The notes under the pieces: generated by a model
Told to the model about the DNA's origin: nothing
The model's database searches: none
Seen by the model: the letters and a program-made list of their open reading frames with translations, nothing else
Shown: in pieces, positions 19,640-27,546 of the stretch
Position numbering within the stretch: the first letter of the stretch is position 1
How the letters are laid out: each line of letters starts with the position of its first letter
Program-made: the position numbers and the translations under genes
NCBI GenBank assembly: GCA_028687035.1
Contig: JAQUAX010000015.1
Span: 949-64,948 of the forward strand
Origin: Dechloromonas sp.
GTDB lineage: Bacteria > Pseudomonadota > Gammaproteobacteria > Burkholderiales > Rhodocyclaceae
Reading direction: 5' to 3'
Length of the DNA stretch: 64,000 nucleotides

Positions 19640-20865
19640 GCTATTACGACCCGCTCGAAACCCGCGATCCCGAGGAGCGCGAGGCCGACCTGATGGACAA
19701 GCTGGCGCGGCAGGTCGCGCACGCCAAGGAAACGACGCACCATTACTTCCAGACCCTGGCCGGCATCAATCCCTTCGACTGCACGACGCGCGACGCGCTG
19801 GCCCGGCTGCCGCTGACCCGCAAGCGCGACCTGATCGAACTGCAGAAGAAGCATCCGCCCTTCGGTGGCCTGAACGCGCTGGCCAGCGGCCGGGCGAAGC
19901 GCGTCTTCGCGTCGCCCGGGCCGATCTACGAACTTCAGGGCATGGACATGGACCCGTGGCGCATGGCGCGCGTGCTGTACGCGGCGGGTTTCCGGCACGG
20001 CGAGCTGATCCACAACTGCTATTCCTACCACTTCACGCCGGGCGCCTTCATGATGGAAGGCGGCGCCCGCAAGCTGGGCTGCGCCGTCTTCCCGGGCGGC
20101 ACCGGGCAGACCGAACAGCAGGTCCGGGCGATCGCCGACCTGCGCCCGGACGGCTACGTCGGCACCCCGTCCTTCCTGCGCATCATCGTCGAGAAGGCCG
20201 AGGAAACGGGCGCCGACATCTCGTCGCTGAAGAAGGCCTGCGTGTCCGGCGAGGCGCTGCCCGGCGTGACCCGCGCCTGGCTCGCCGAGCGCGGCATCGC
20301 GGTGCGCCAGTGCTACGCGACGGCCGACATCGGCGCCATCGCCTACGAGACCGAGGCCGAGGACGGCCTGGTCGTCGAGGAGGAACTGCTGGTCGAGATC
20401 GTCCGCCCGGGCACCGGCGACCCCGTCGCGCCGGGCGAGGTCGGCGAGGTCGTCGTCACCGGCTTCAACCCGGACTATCCGCTGATCCGTTTCGCGACCG
20501 GCGACCTGTCCGCGCTGCTGCCCGGGCGTTCGCCCTGCGGCCGCAGCAACGTCCGCTTGCGCGGCTGGCTGGGCCGGGCCGACCAGACGACCAAGGTGCG
20601 CGGCATGTTCGTGCATCCGGAGCAGGTCGCCGAGATCGGCCGGCGTCATCCGGAGATCCGCCGCCTGCGCCTGGTCGTCGACAATCCGGAAGGCCAGGAC
20701 CGGATGACGCTGCACTGCGAGATCGGCGAGGGCGCCGAAAGCCTGGCCGAACGGGTCGTCGCCGACCTGCGAGAAGTCACCAAACTGCGCGGCGGGATCG
20801 CCTTCGCGGCGCCCGGGGGCTTGCCCAACGACGGCAAGGTGATCGAAGATAGCCGGGTTTATTGA
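19636..20865 (+). CDS. Phenylacetate-CoA ligase family (PaaK/F390-synthetase-like) adenylate-forming enzyme
   Basis: Motifs FATGDLS and GRADQTTKVRGMFVHPEQV resemble the PaaK C-terminal region. There is an ATGA start/stop overlap with the preceding ATPase. Confidence 0.7.
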   Translation: MSYYDPLETRDPEEREADLMDKLARQVAHAKETTHHYFQTLAGINPFDCTTRDALARLPLTRKRDLIELQKKHPPFGGLNALASGRAKRVFASPGPIYELQGMDMDPWRMARVLYAAGFRHGELIHNCYSYHFTPGAFMMEGGARKLGCAVFPGGTGQTEQQVRAIADLRPDGYVGTPSFLRIIVEKAEETGADISSLKKACVSGEALPGVTRAWLAERGIAVRQCYATADIGAIAYETEAEDGLVVEEELLVEIVRPGTGDPVAPGEVGEVVVTGFNPDYPLIRFATGDLSALLPGRSPCGRSNVRLRGWLGRADQTTKVRGMFVHPEQVAEIGRRHPEIRRLRLVVDNPEGQDRMTLHCEIGEGAESLAERVVADLREVTKLRGGIAFAAPGGLPNDGKVIEDSRVY

Positions 20866-20881
20866 TCCGGCATCTTCCTTC

Positions 20882-21391
20882 ATGCGTCTTCTCCCGCTGC
20901 TGTTCGCCCTTCCCGCTCTCCTCGCCGTGTCCGTCCAGGCCCAGGAACCCGTGCTGCGTCCTTCCGCCCGGCTGCTCTTCAAGCAGCCGGAGATGCTGCA
21001 GCCCGGGCGCTGCGTCGCCTACCGCGAAGGCGGCTCGGGCTGGGTGGTCACCGACCCCGTCTATTACCTGCGCGGCGAAGTGGTGTCGGCCGACATCCGG
21101 ACCCGCCATGCCGGGCGCTGCCCGGTCGTTCCGGGCAAGCAGATGCGGCAATACACGCGCGAGGAATTCGTCCGCCATGCGCTGGCCTATCCCTGCGTCG
21201 CCGAGGGCGTGCCGGAAAGCGAGGTCCAGCTCGGCATCGTCCGCCTGCGCGTCACCGACTGGGAAACACCGCATGCGCGGCCGGCCGAGAACGCCGGGCG
21301 GCTCTACCGCGGTCTCTTCCTAGACCGGCCGCTGGAAATCGGCATGGAAATCGAACTCGAGGCCGACCTGCTCGGCGTCTGCTCGCCGTAA
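20882..21391 (+). CDS. Hypothetical exported protein
   Basis: Signal peptide MRLLPLLFALPALLAVSVQAQE, 4 Cys in the mature part, and no motif I recognise. It lies 16 nt after the PaaK-like gene. Confidence 0.5.
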   Translation: MRLLPLLFALPALLAVSVQAQEPVLRPSARLLFKQPEMLQPGRCVAYREGGSGWVVTDPVYYLRGEVVSADIRTRHAGRCPVVPGKQMRQYTREEFVRHALAYPCVAEGVPESEVQLGIVRLRVTDWETPHARPAENAGRLYRGLFLDRPLEIGMEIELEADLLGVCSP

Positions 21392-21409
21392 GCGGGTCCG
21401 GCCGAGGGC

Positions 21410-22480
21410 TCACAGGCGCCGCTCGTACCAGGCCCGCGTCGCGTTGACGGTGCGCACCAGCCACAGCATCACCGGCACCTCGATCAGCACGCCGACCACG
21501 GTGGCCAGTGCTGCGCCGCTGTCGAAGCCGTAGAGCACGATGGCGACGGCGACCGCCAGTTCGAAGAAATTGGACGCACCGATCATCGTCGACGGGCCGG
21601 CGATGTCGTGGCGGACGCGGAAGCGCCGGTTCAGCAGGTAGCCGATCGCTGCGATCAGCAGGCCCTGCAGCAGGATGGGCACGGCCAGCATCGCGATGAT
21701 CAGCGGCTGCGCGGCGATCGCCCCGCCCTGGAAGGCGAACAGCAGCACCAGCGTGGCGAGCAGCGCGAGCATTGTGAACGGGCCGATGCGGTCGACCGCC
21801 TTCTCGAAGGCTTTTTCGCCGTCGCGCAGGAAGTGGCGGCGCAGGCCCTGGGCGATCGCCAGCGGGATCACGATGTACATCACGACCGACAGCAGCAGCG
21901 TGTCCCAGGGGATCGGGATCGCCGACACGCCGAGCAGCAGCGCGACGATGGGGGCGAAGGCGAAGACCATCACCAGGTCGTTCAGCGCGACCTGCGAGAT
22001 GGTGAAATTGGCGTCGCCGCGGCACAGGTTGCTCCAGACGAAGACCATCGCCGTGCACGGCGCGGCGCCGAGCAGGATCAGGCCGGCGATGTAGCTGTCG
22101 AGCTGTTCCGCCGGCAGCCACGGCGCGAACACGTGGCGGATGAAGAGCCAGCCGAGCGCTGCCATCGTGAAGGGCTTGATCGCCCAATTGACGAACAGCG
22201 TGATGCCTATGCTCGCGCCCTGCTGGCGGACCTCGTGCAGCGAGCCGAAGTCGATCTTCATCAGCATCGGGATGATCATCACCCAGATCATCACGCCGAC
22301 CGGCAGGTTGACCTGGGCCACCTCGAGCCGTCCGATCGCCTGGAAAAAGCCCGGGAAGGCCTGGCCGAGCAGGATGCCGGCCAGGATGCAGAGCCCGACC
22401 CAGAGGCTGAGCCAGCGTTCGAAAAAGCCCATCGGGCTACCGGCGGCCCGGCGGGCCGTCACGTCGCACTGGGTGCTCAT
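21410..22480 (-). CDS. acr3: Arsenite efflux permease, ACR3 family
   Basis: The N-terminal FFERWLSLWVGLCILAGILLG region, multi-TM character and arsenic-gene context support the call. SD AAGGAGGAAAA lies upstream of ATG 22480. Confidence 0.85.
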   Translation of the reverse strand: MSTQCDVTARRAAGSPMGFFERWLSLWVGLCILAGILLGQAFPGFFQAIGRLEVAQVNLPVGVMIWVMIIPMLMKIDFGSLHEVRQQGASIGITLFVNWAIKPFTMAALGWLFIRHVFAPWLPAEQLDSYIAGLILLGAAPCTAMVFVWSNLCRGDANFTISQVALNDLVMVFAFAPIVALLLGVSAIPIPWDTLLLSVVMYIVIPLAIAQGLRRHFLRDGEKAFEKAVDRIGPFTMLALLATLVLLFAFQGGAIAAQPLIIAMLAVPILLQGLLIAAIGYLLNRRFRVRHDIAGPSTMIGASNFFELAVAVAIVLYGFDSGAALATVVGVLIEVPVMLWLVRTVNATRAWYERRL

Positions 22481-22977
22481 GCGTTTTCCTCCTTGTGGAT
22501 GCGGCGGGCGGCCGCGGCGATTTCCGCGGTCGACAGGCGTTCGAGCGGCAATTCGACGAAGGCCGCGATGCGCCGTTCGAGCGCCCGGTAGGCCGCCTCG
22601 AACGCGGCCCGGCAGGCTTCCGCCGGCTCGACGTGGGCGGGATCGGCGATTCCCCAGTGCGCGGTCGCCGGGCGGCCGGGCCAGACCGGGCAGGCTTCGC
22701 CGGCGGCCGCGGCGCAGACCGTGAAGACGAAGTCGATGCGCGGCGCGCCGTCGCCGGCGAACTCCTCCCAGGACTTGCTGCGCGCTTCCGGCAGCGGCAC
22801 GCCATGGGCGGCCAGGGTTTCCAGCGCGACCGGGTGGACGCGGCCGGTCGGCCGGCTGCCGGCCGAGAAGGCGCGCAGGCGGCCGCGACCCAGGTGGTTG
22901 AACAGCGCCTCGCCGAGGATGGAGCGGGCGGAATTGCCGGTGCATAGCACCAGCACGTTGAACATCGGATCAGGCAT
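22477..22977 (-). CDS. arsC: Arsenate reductase, LMW-PTP (thioredoxin-coupled) type
   Basis: P-loop VLCTGNSARS (CX5R-S) plus a downstream Cys pair (VCAAAAGEACP). The stop overlaps the acr3 start, and the start overlaps the arsR stop. Confidence 0.85.
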   Translation of the reverse strand: MPDPMFNVLVLCTGNSARSILGEALFNHLGRGRLRAFSAGSRPTGRVHPVALETLAAHGVPLPEARSKSWEEFAGDGAPRIDFVFTVCAAAAGEACPVWPGRPATAHWGIADPAHVEPAEACRAAFEAAYRALERRIAAFVELPLERLSTAEIAAAARRIHKEENA

Positions 22978-23329
22978 CGCGGGCCTCGTGGTCGTTGGCG
23001 GTCGGGGATGGGATGCAGAGGGGCGGCGGCGCACCGCAGGGTTCGCCGGCGCAGCAGGCCTCGGTCAGATGGGCGAGCAGGGCGTTCATCGCCGGGTAGT
23101 TCGCCGCGTAATAGACGAAGCGCCCGGACTGGCTGGACGTCGCCAGTCCGGCGCCGACCAGTTCCTTCAGGTGGAAGCTGAGCCGGCCGTTGGCCTCGAC
23201 GCCGAGCCGCGCGGCGATGGCGCCGACCGGCAGGCCCGCGGGGCCGGCACGGACCAGCTGGCGGAAGATGTCGAGGCGGGTTTCCTGGGCCAGTGCACCG
23301 AGCGCGGCGACGGCGGTTTTCGTATCCAT
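22970..23329 (-). CDS. arsR: ArsR/SmtB family transcriptional repressor
   Basis: Winged HTH (LAQETRLDIFRQLV...LSFHLKELVGAGL). It has a C-terminal CCAGEPC cysteine cluster and no ELCVCDL motif. Confidence 0.85.
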   Translation of the reverse strand: MDTKTAVAALGALAQETRLDIFRQLVRAGPAGLPVGAIAARLGVEANGRLSFHLKELVGAGLATSSQSGRFVYYAANYPAMNALLAHLTEACCAGEPCGAPPPLCIPSPTANDHEARDA

Positions 23330-23433
23330 ATTTATAGAATAATTGAAATGTCTGTTCGGCGCCACGGTCTGCCGGCAGCGGGTGACGGGATCGGGCGCTT
23401 CGGGCATCATGCCGGCTCCCGGAGGAGACCGCG
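23330..23433. promoter_or_regulatory. Divergent promoter/operator region (arsR operon vs hypothetical gene)
   Basis: A sharp AT-rich island (ATTTATAGAATAATTGAAATGT, 23330-23352) stands out in an otherwise GC-rich context, immediately upstream of arsR. Confidence 0.4.
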
Positions 23434-24021
23434 ATGAAGCAGCACATCGACGAACTGCTGGCGCGCATCGATGCGCTGCAGAACGAGCTGGAAGAGGAAT
23501 ACCGCAAGGCGCGCGACGAGTGGGCGGCGAAGAAGGCCGAACTGGCCGGCGAGTTCCTGCGCCAGCAGCGCCGCTACAAGACCGGCCTGTTCCGCTTCCT
23601 GCTGCGCTCGCGGCTGCTGGTCCTGCTCAGCGCACCGGTCATCTACGCCGGCTGGATTCCCTTCCTGCTGATGGACCTGTTCGTCACCGTCTACCAGTCG
23701 ATCTGCTTCCCGATCTACCGGATTCCGAAAGTGAAGCGTTCGGACTACCTGATCTTCGACCGCGAGGACCTGCCCTACCTGAACGCGATCGAGAAATTCA
23801 ACTGCTTCTACTGCTCGTACGGCAACGGCGTCGCCGCCTATGTGCGCGAGGTCGCCGCGCGCACCGAACAGTACTGGTGCCCGATCAAGCACGCCCGCCG
23901 CGTCAAGGCGGCGCACGACCACTATCCGAAATTCTTCGACCACGGCGACGCCGAGGCCTTCCAGCAGGGGCTGAACCGCCTGCGCCGCCAGTACGACGAC
24001 GTCGACCGCGGCGAGCGCTAA
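23434..24021 (+). CDS. Conserved-looking hypothetical membrane protein (coiled-coil N-terminus, 2 TM, Cys/His C-terminal domain)
   Basis: SD GGAGGAGA precedes the ATG. The N-terminus is a charged helix, followed by TM segments LLVLLSAPVIYAGWIPFLLMDLFVTVY. The C-terminus carries NCFYCSYGNG...YWCPIKH. Confidence 0.5.
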   Translation: MKQHIDELLARIDALQNELEEEYRKARDEWAAKKAELAGEFLRQQRRYKTGLFRFLLRSRLLVLLSAPVIYAGWIPFLLMDLFVTVYQSICFPIYRIPKVKRSDYLIFDREDLPYLNAIEKFNCFYCSYGNGVAAYVREVAARTEQYWCPIKHARRVKAAHDHYPKFFDHGDAEAFQQGLNRLRRQYDDVDRGER

Positions 24022-24875
24022 CGCGCGCCGAACAGGCCGCGCACGGCCTGCTGCAGGTCGGCCGGCAGCACGACCAGCTTGGCGTTGTCCTTGTCGCCCA
24101 GGCGTTCCAGCGCCGCGATGTACTTCTCGCCGAGCAGGAAACCCATCGGCCCGGTCTGGTCGCCGATCGCCGCGCTGACGCGGCGGATCGCCTCGGCCGA
24201 GGCCTCGGCCATCATCACCTGCGCGCTGGCGTCGCGCTTGGCCGATTCGAGGCGCGCCTCGGCTTCCAGGATCGCCGACTGCTTGGCGCCTTCGGCGCGG
24301 GTGACCACCGCCTTGCGCTCGCGCTCGGCGGCGGCCTGCATTTCCATGGCCTTCTGCATCGACTGCGACGGCTTGATGTCCTGGATCTCGACCGATTTGA
24401 CGGTCAGGCCCCAGTCGACCGCCTCGTCGGCGATGCTCTCGCGCAGCCGGGCCTTGATCTTGTCGCGCGACGACAGCGCCTCGTCGAGTTCCATTTCGCC
24501 GACGATGGAGCGCAGCGTGGTCATGATCAGGTTGCGGATCGCTTCCGAAAAGTCGGTGACGCCATAGACTGCCTTGACCGGGTCGGTGACCTTCACGAAC
24601 GCGATCGCGTTGGTCAGGATCACCGCGTTGTCGCGGGTGATCACCTCCTGTTCCTGGACGTCGAGGATGATGTCCTTGGTGACCATCTGGTAGGCGACGC
24701 GGTCGATGTAGGGGATCACCAGGTTCAGGCCCGGTTTCAGCGTGCCGTGGTACTTGCCGAGCCGCTCGACGATCCACTCCTCGCCCTGCGGCACGATGCG
24801 CACGCCCTTGGCGACGGTGACCGCCGCGAAGACGAGAAGGGCCAGTACGACGACGAATCCTGCGCTCATGTCCAT
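24018..24875 (-). CDS. SPFH/band-7 (stomatin-like, QmcA/YbbK-like) protein
   Basis: N-terminal TM, then the VRIVPQGEEWIVERLGKYH...PGLNLVIPYIDRV motif and an Ala/Glu-rich coiled coil. It lies 4 nt downstream of nfeD. Confidence 0.85.
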   Translation of the reverse strand: MDMSAGFVVVLALLVFAAVTVAKGVRIVPQGEEWIVERLGKYHGTLKPGLNLVIPYIDRVAYQMVTKDIILDVQEQEVITRDNAVILTNAIAFVKVTDPVKAVYGVTDFSEAIRNLIMTTLRSIVGEMELDEALSSRDKIKARLRESIADEAVDWGLTVKSVEIQDIKPSQSMQKAMEMQAAAERERKAVVTRAEGAKQSAILEAEARLESAKRDASAQVMMAEASAEAIRRVSAAIGDQTGPMGFLLGEKYIAALERLGDKDNAKLVVLPADLQQAVRGLFGAR

Positions 24876-24879
24876 GCTC

Positions 24880-25323
24880 CTAAGCCTTTTCGATTTTGAG
24901 GAAACTGCCTTCGACCGCGACGACGCGGACCCGCTCGCCGGCCGGCAGTTCGCGGTCGGCCAGGCAGGCCCATTCCTCGGCGCCGAGCAGCGGTTTCTGG
25001 AAGCGCACCCGGCCGCGCGCGAAGGGAGCGACCGGGGTCGCCAGCAGGCCGATCTCGCCGATCGCCTCGCCGGCCGCCTGGCCGATCCGGCTGTCGCCGC
25101 GGCTGCGCCGGAAGACGCGGAACCACAGCGCGACCATCGCCAGCGACGCGACCGTCCACAACGCCAGCTGCGCAGTCGGCGACAGCCCGGGCGCGAGCAG
25201 CAGCGCGAGGCCGACAAGCAGCGCGCCGAGGCCGAACCAGATCACGAAGAACGCGGGGATCGCCAGCTCGGCCAGCGTCAGCACGATGCCGCCGACGATC
25301 CAGTGCCACCATTCAGGTTGCAT
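24880..25323 (-). CDS. NfeD family membrane protein
   Basis: 147 aa with N-terminal TM helices and a C-terminal OB-like segment (GRVRFQKPLLGAEEWACLAD...VRVVAVEGSFLKIE). It forms the classic pairing with an SPFH gene. Confidence 0.8.
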   Translation of the reverse strand: MQPEWWHWIVGGIVLTLAELAIPAFFVIWFGLGALLVGLALLLAPGLSPTAQLALWTVASLAMVALWFRVFRRSRGDSRIGQAAGEAIGEIGLLATPVAPFARGRVRFQKPLLGAEEWACLADRELPAGERVRVVAVEGSFLKIEKA

Positions 25324-25430
25324 GATTTTCTCCTTGTCCGGCGAGTATTTCGGGTTTGCCCGGCAGGGTCAAGGCGGCCTGCGGTTTTCACGGATGGCAG
25401 GAGGTCGACCGCGGAGGCTAGAATCGCCCG

Positions 25431-26327
25431 ATGAATACTGCACTCTTGCTGCTCCCCGACTTCGCGCTGATCCTGCTCGGCGCCGCGATCCGCCGCTGGA
25501 TGCACCTCGGCGACCATTTCTGGAACGGCGTCGAGAAGCTGGTTTATTTCATCCTGTTCCCGGCGCTGCTGATCAACGCCATCGTCCGCACCCGGCTCGA
25601 CCTCGCCGCGGCGCTGCCGCTGCTCGCCACCGCGTTCGCCGCGCTGGCCGCGGGCATGGCGCTCGGCCTGCTGCCCAAGCTGTTCACGAAGCTGCCGGCG
25701 CTGACCTATGCGTCGATGTTCCAGTGCGCCTACCGCTTCAACTCCTACATCGCGCTGGCGGTCGCCGGCATGCTGTTCGGCGCGCCGGGCATCGCGACCA
25801 TGGGCCTGATCGTCGGCGCCGCGGTGCCGGTGGTCAATCTGGTGTCGGTGTGGATGCTCGCCCGCCACGGCGAATCCGGGCTGTGGCGCGAGGTCGCGCG
25901 CAATCCGCTGATCTGGGGAACGGCCGCCGGCTTCGTGCTGAACCTCGCCGGCTTCGTGCCGCCGGCACCGCTGCAGGCCTTCCTGCAGCGCCTGGCCGAC
26001 GCGTCGATCGCGCTCGGCCTGATCACCGTCGGCGCCGCGCTGCGCCTCGACGGAACGACCGGCATGCGCGGCTTCGCCGGCTGGCTGGTCGGGGTCAAGC
26101 TGCTCGCGGTGCCGGCCGCGGCGCTCGCCGCCGGTGCGCTGTTCGGGTTGTCCGGACTGAACTACCAGGTCGCGGTGCTGTTCGCCGCGCTGCCGACCGC
26201 GTCGTCGGCCTACATCCTGGCGATGCGCATGGGCGGCGACGGGCGCAGCGTCGCCTGGCTGATCTCGGCGACGACGCTGGGCTCGATGCTGACGCTGCCG
26301 CTGTGGGCGGCCTGGCTGCTCCGCTGA
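25431..26327 (+). CDS. AEC (auxin efflux carrier) family transporter
   Basis: 298 aa multi-TM protein with an N-terminus typical of the AEC family (LLLLPDFALILLGAAIRR...). Confidence 0.75.
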   Translation: MNTALLLLPDFALILLGAAIRRWMHLGDHFWNGVEKLVYFILFPALLINAIVRTRLDLAAALPLLATAFAALAAGMALGLLPKLFTKLPALTYASMFQCAYRFNSYIALAVAGMLFGAPGIATMGLIVGAAVPVVNLVSVWMLARHGESGLWREVARNPLIWGTAAGFVLNLAGFVPPAPLQAFLQRLADASIALGLITVGAALRLDGTTGMRGFAGWLVGVKLLAVPAAALAAGALFGLSGLNYQVAVLFAALPTASSAYILAMRMGGDGRSVAWLISATTLGSMLTLPLWAAWLLR

Positions 26328-26336
26328 CCCCTTCGC

Positions 26337-26801
26337 TTACTTGCGGGCGCGCGGCGCCTTCGGCTTGTCGGCCGGCGCCTCCTGCGCGGCCTGGGCTGCC
26401 GCTTCGGCGCTGTGCTGCATCTGCTCGCGCATCTGCTGCATCATCTGCCATGGCCACATCGCGGCCCCGGAAAAGGCGCTGGTCGCGGCGTCGGCCGCGG
26501 GCGGGACTTCCTCGGCGGCGGGGGCGGATTCGCCCATCTTGCGCGCGGCGTCGGTCGCCATCTGGCCCATCGCCTGTACGGTGGACACCGTCGTGCGCTG
26601 CATTTCCAGCCCCTGGATGGTCATCTGCAGCATCGACAGGTTCATGCGCAGCCAGCCTTCGACGGCCTTCAGGTCCTTGATCCGCTTGTCCAGCTCGTCG
26701 AGGTCGAAAGTCGGGGCGACCATGCCCGGCAACGAGAAACCCATGTTGCCCCACATGTTGCGCATGAAGTTGAGCGGATCGTGTACTTGTTCGTCGGCCA
26801 T
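26337..26801 (-). CDS. PhaM-like PHA-granule-associated protein (tentative)
   Basis: The segment FDLDELDKRIKDLKAVEGWLRMNLSMLQMTIQGLEMQR and a Lys/Ala/Pro-rich basic tail (KPKAPRARK) match my recollection of PhaM. SD GGAGAGAG precedes ATG 26801. Confidence 0.5.
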   Translation of the reverse strand: MADEQVHDPLNFMRNMWGNMGFSLPGMVAPTFDLDELDKRIKDLKAVEGWLRMNLSMLQMTIQGLEMQRTTVSTVQAMGQMATDAARKMGESAPAAEEVPPAADAATSAFSGAAMWPWQMMQQMREQMQHSAEAAAQAAQEAPADKPKAPRARK

Positions 26802-26883
26802 GTCTCTCTCCACCGGGGTTGGTTGGCGTCATATTAACCCCAATCGGTGATAAATTAGCTGCCCAGCAATGACGGGAGGAAGC

Positions 26884-27546
26884 ATGCTGAAGCTATTGGT
26901 GGTCGAGGATCATGCCCTGGTCCGCGAGGGGCTCGTCCGTCTGCTCGCGCAGGTCGAAGGGGAGACGGCGGTGCTCGATGCGCCCGATTTCGAGACCGCA
27001 TTGACGGTGCTCGACAATGCCGGCGACGTCGATCTGGTGCTGCTCGATCTGGCGCTGCCGGGTATCGACGGCTTCGCCGGCCTGGACATCCTGCGCCGCC
27101 GCTACCCGGCGATGCCGGTCGCCGTCGTGTCGGCCTTCGACGACGGAACGACGATCAACCGGGTGCTCAACCTCGGCGCGTCCGGCTTCATTCCCAAGGC
27201 CTATTCCGGCGAGGCCCTGCTCGCCGCGGTGCGCGAGGTGCTGGCCGGCAACATCTACCGGCCGAGCGGCGGCCAGCGCGCCCAGCTCGACGACCAGACG
27301 CCGCTGCCGCCGCACAAGGTCAGCGTTCGTCCCGACGAGGTCGGCCTGACCGAGCGCCAGGCCCAGGTGCTGGCGCTGATGGTGCGCGGCCTGTCCAACC
27401 GCGACATCGCCGAGCAGCTCGACCTTTCCGAAGGCACCGTGAAGATTCACGCGACGGCGGTGTTCAAGGCGCTCGGCGTCTCCAGCCGGACCCAGGCGCT
27501 GGTCGCCGTCGCCCGCTACGGCATCGATTTCGGCAACGTTTTCTGA
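26884..27546 (+). CDS. LuxR/NarL(FixJ)-type response regulator
   Basis: Receiver domain (LLVVEDH, LVLLDLALPGIDG) plus a LuxR HTH (LTERQAQVLALMVRGLSNRDIAEQLDLSEGTVKIH). Confidence 0.85.
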   Translation: MLKLLVVEDHALVREGLVRLLAQVEGETAVLDAPDFETALTVLDNAGDVDLVLLDLALPGIDGFAGLDILRRRYPAMPVAVVSAFDDGTTINRVLNLGASGFIPKAYSGEALLAAVREVLAGNIYRPSGGQRAQLDDQTPLPPHKVSVRPDEVGLTERQAQVLALMVRGLSNRDIAEQLDLSEGTVKIHATAVFKALGVSSRTQALVAVARYGIDFGNVF

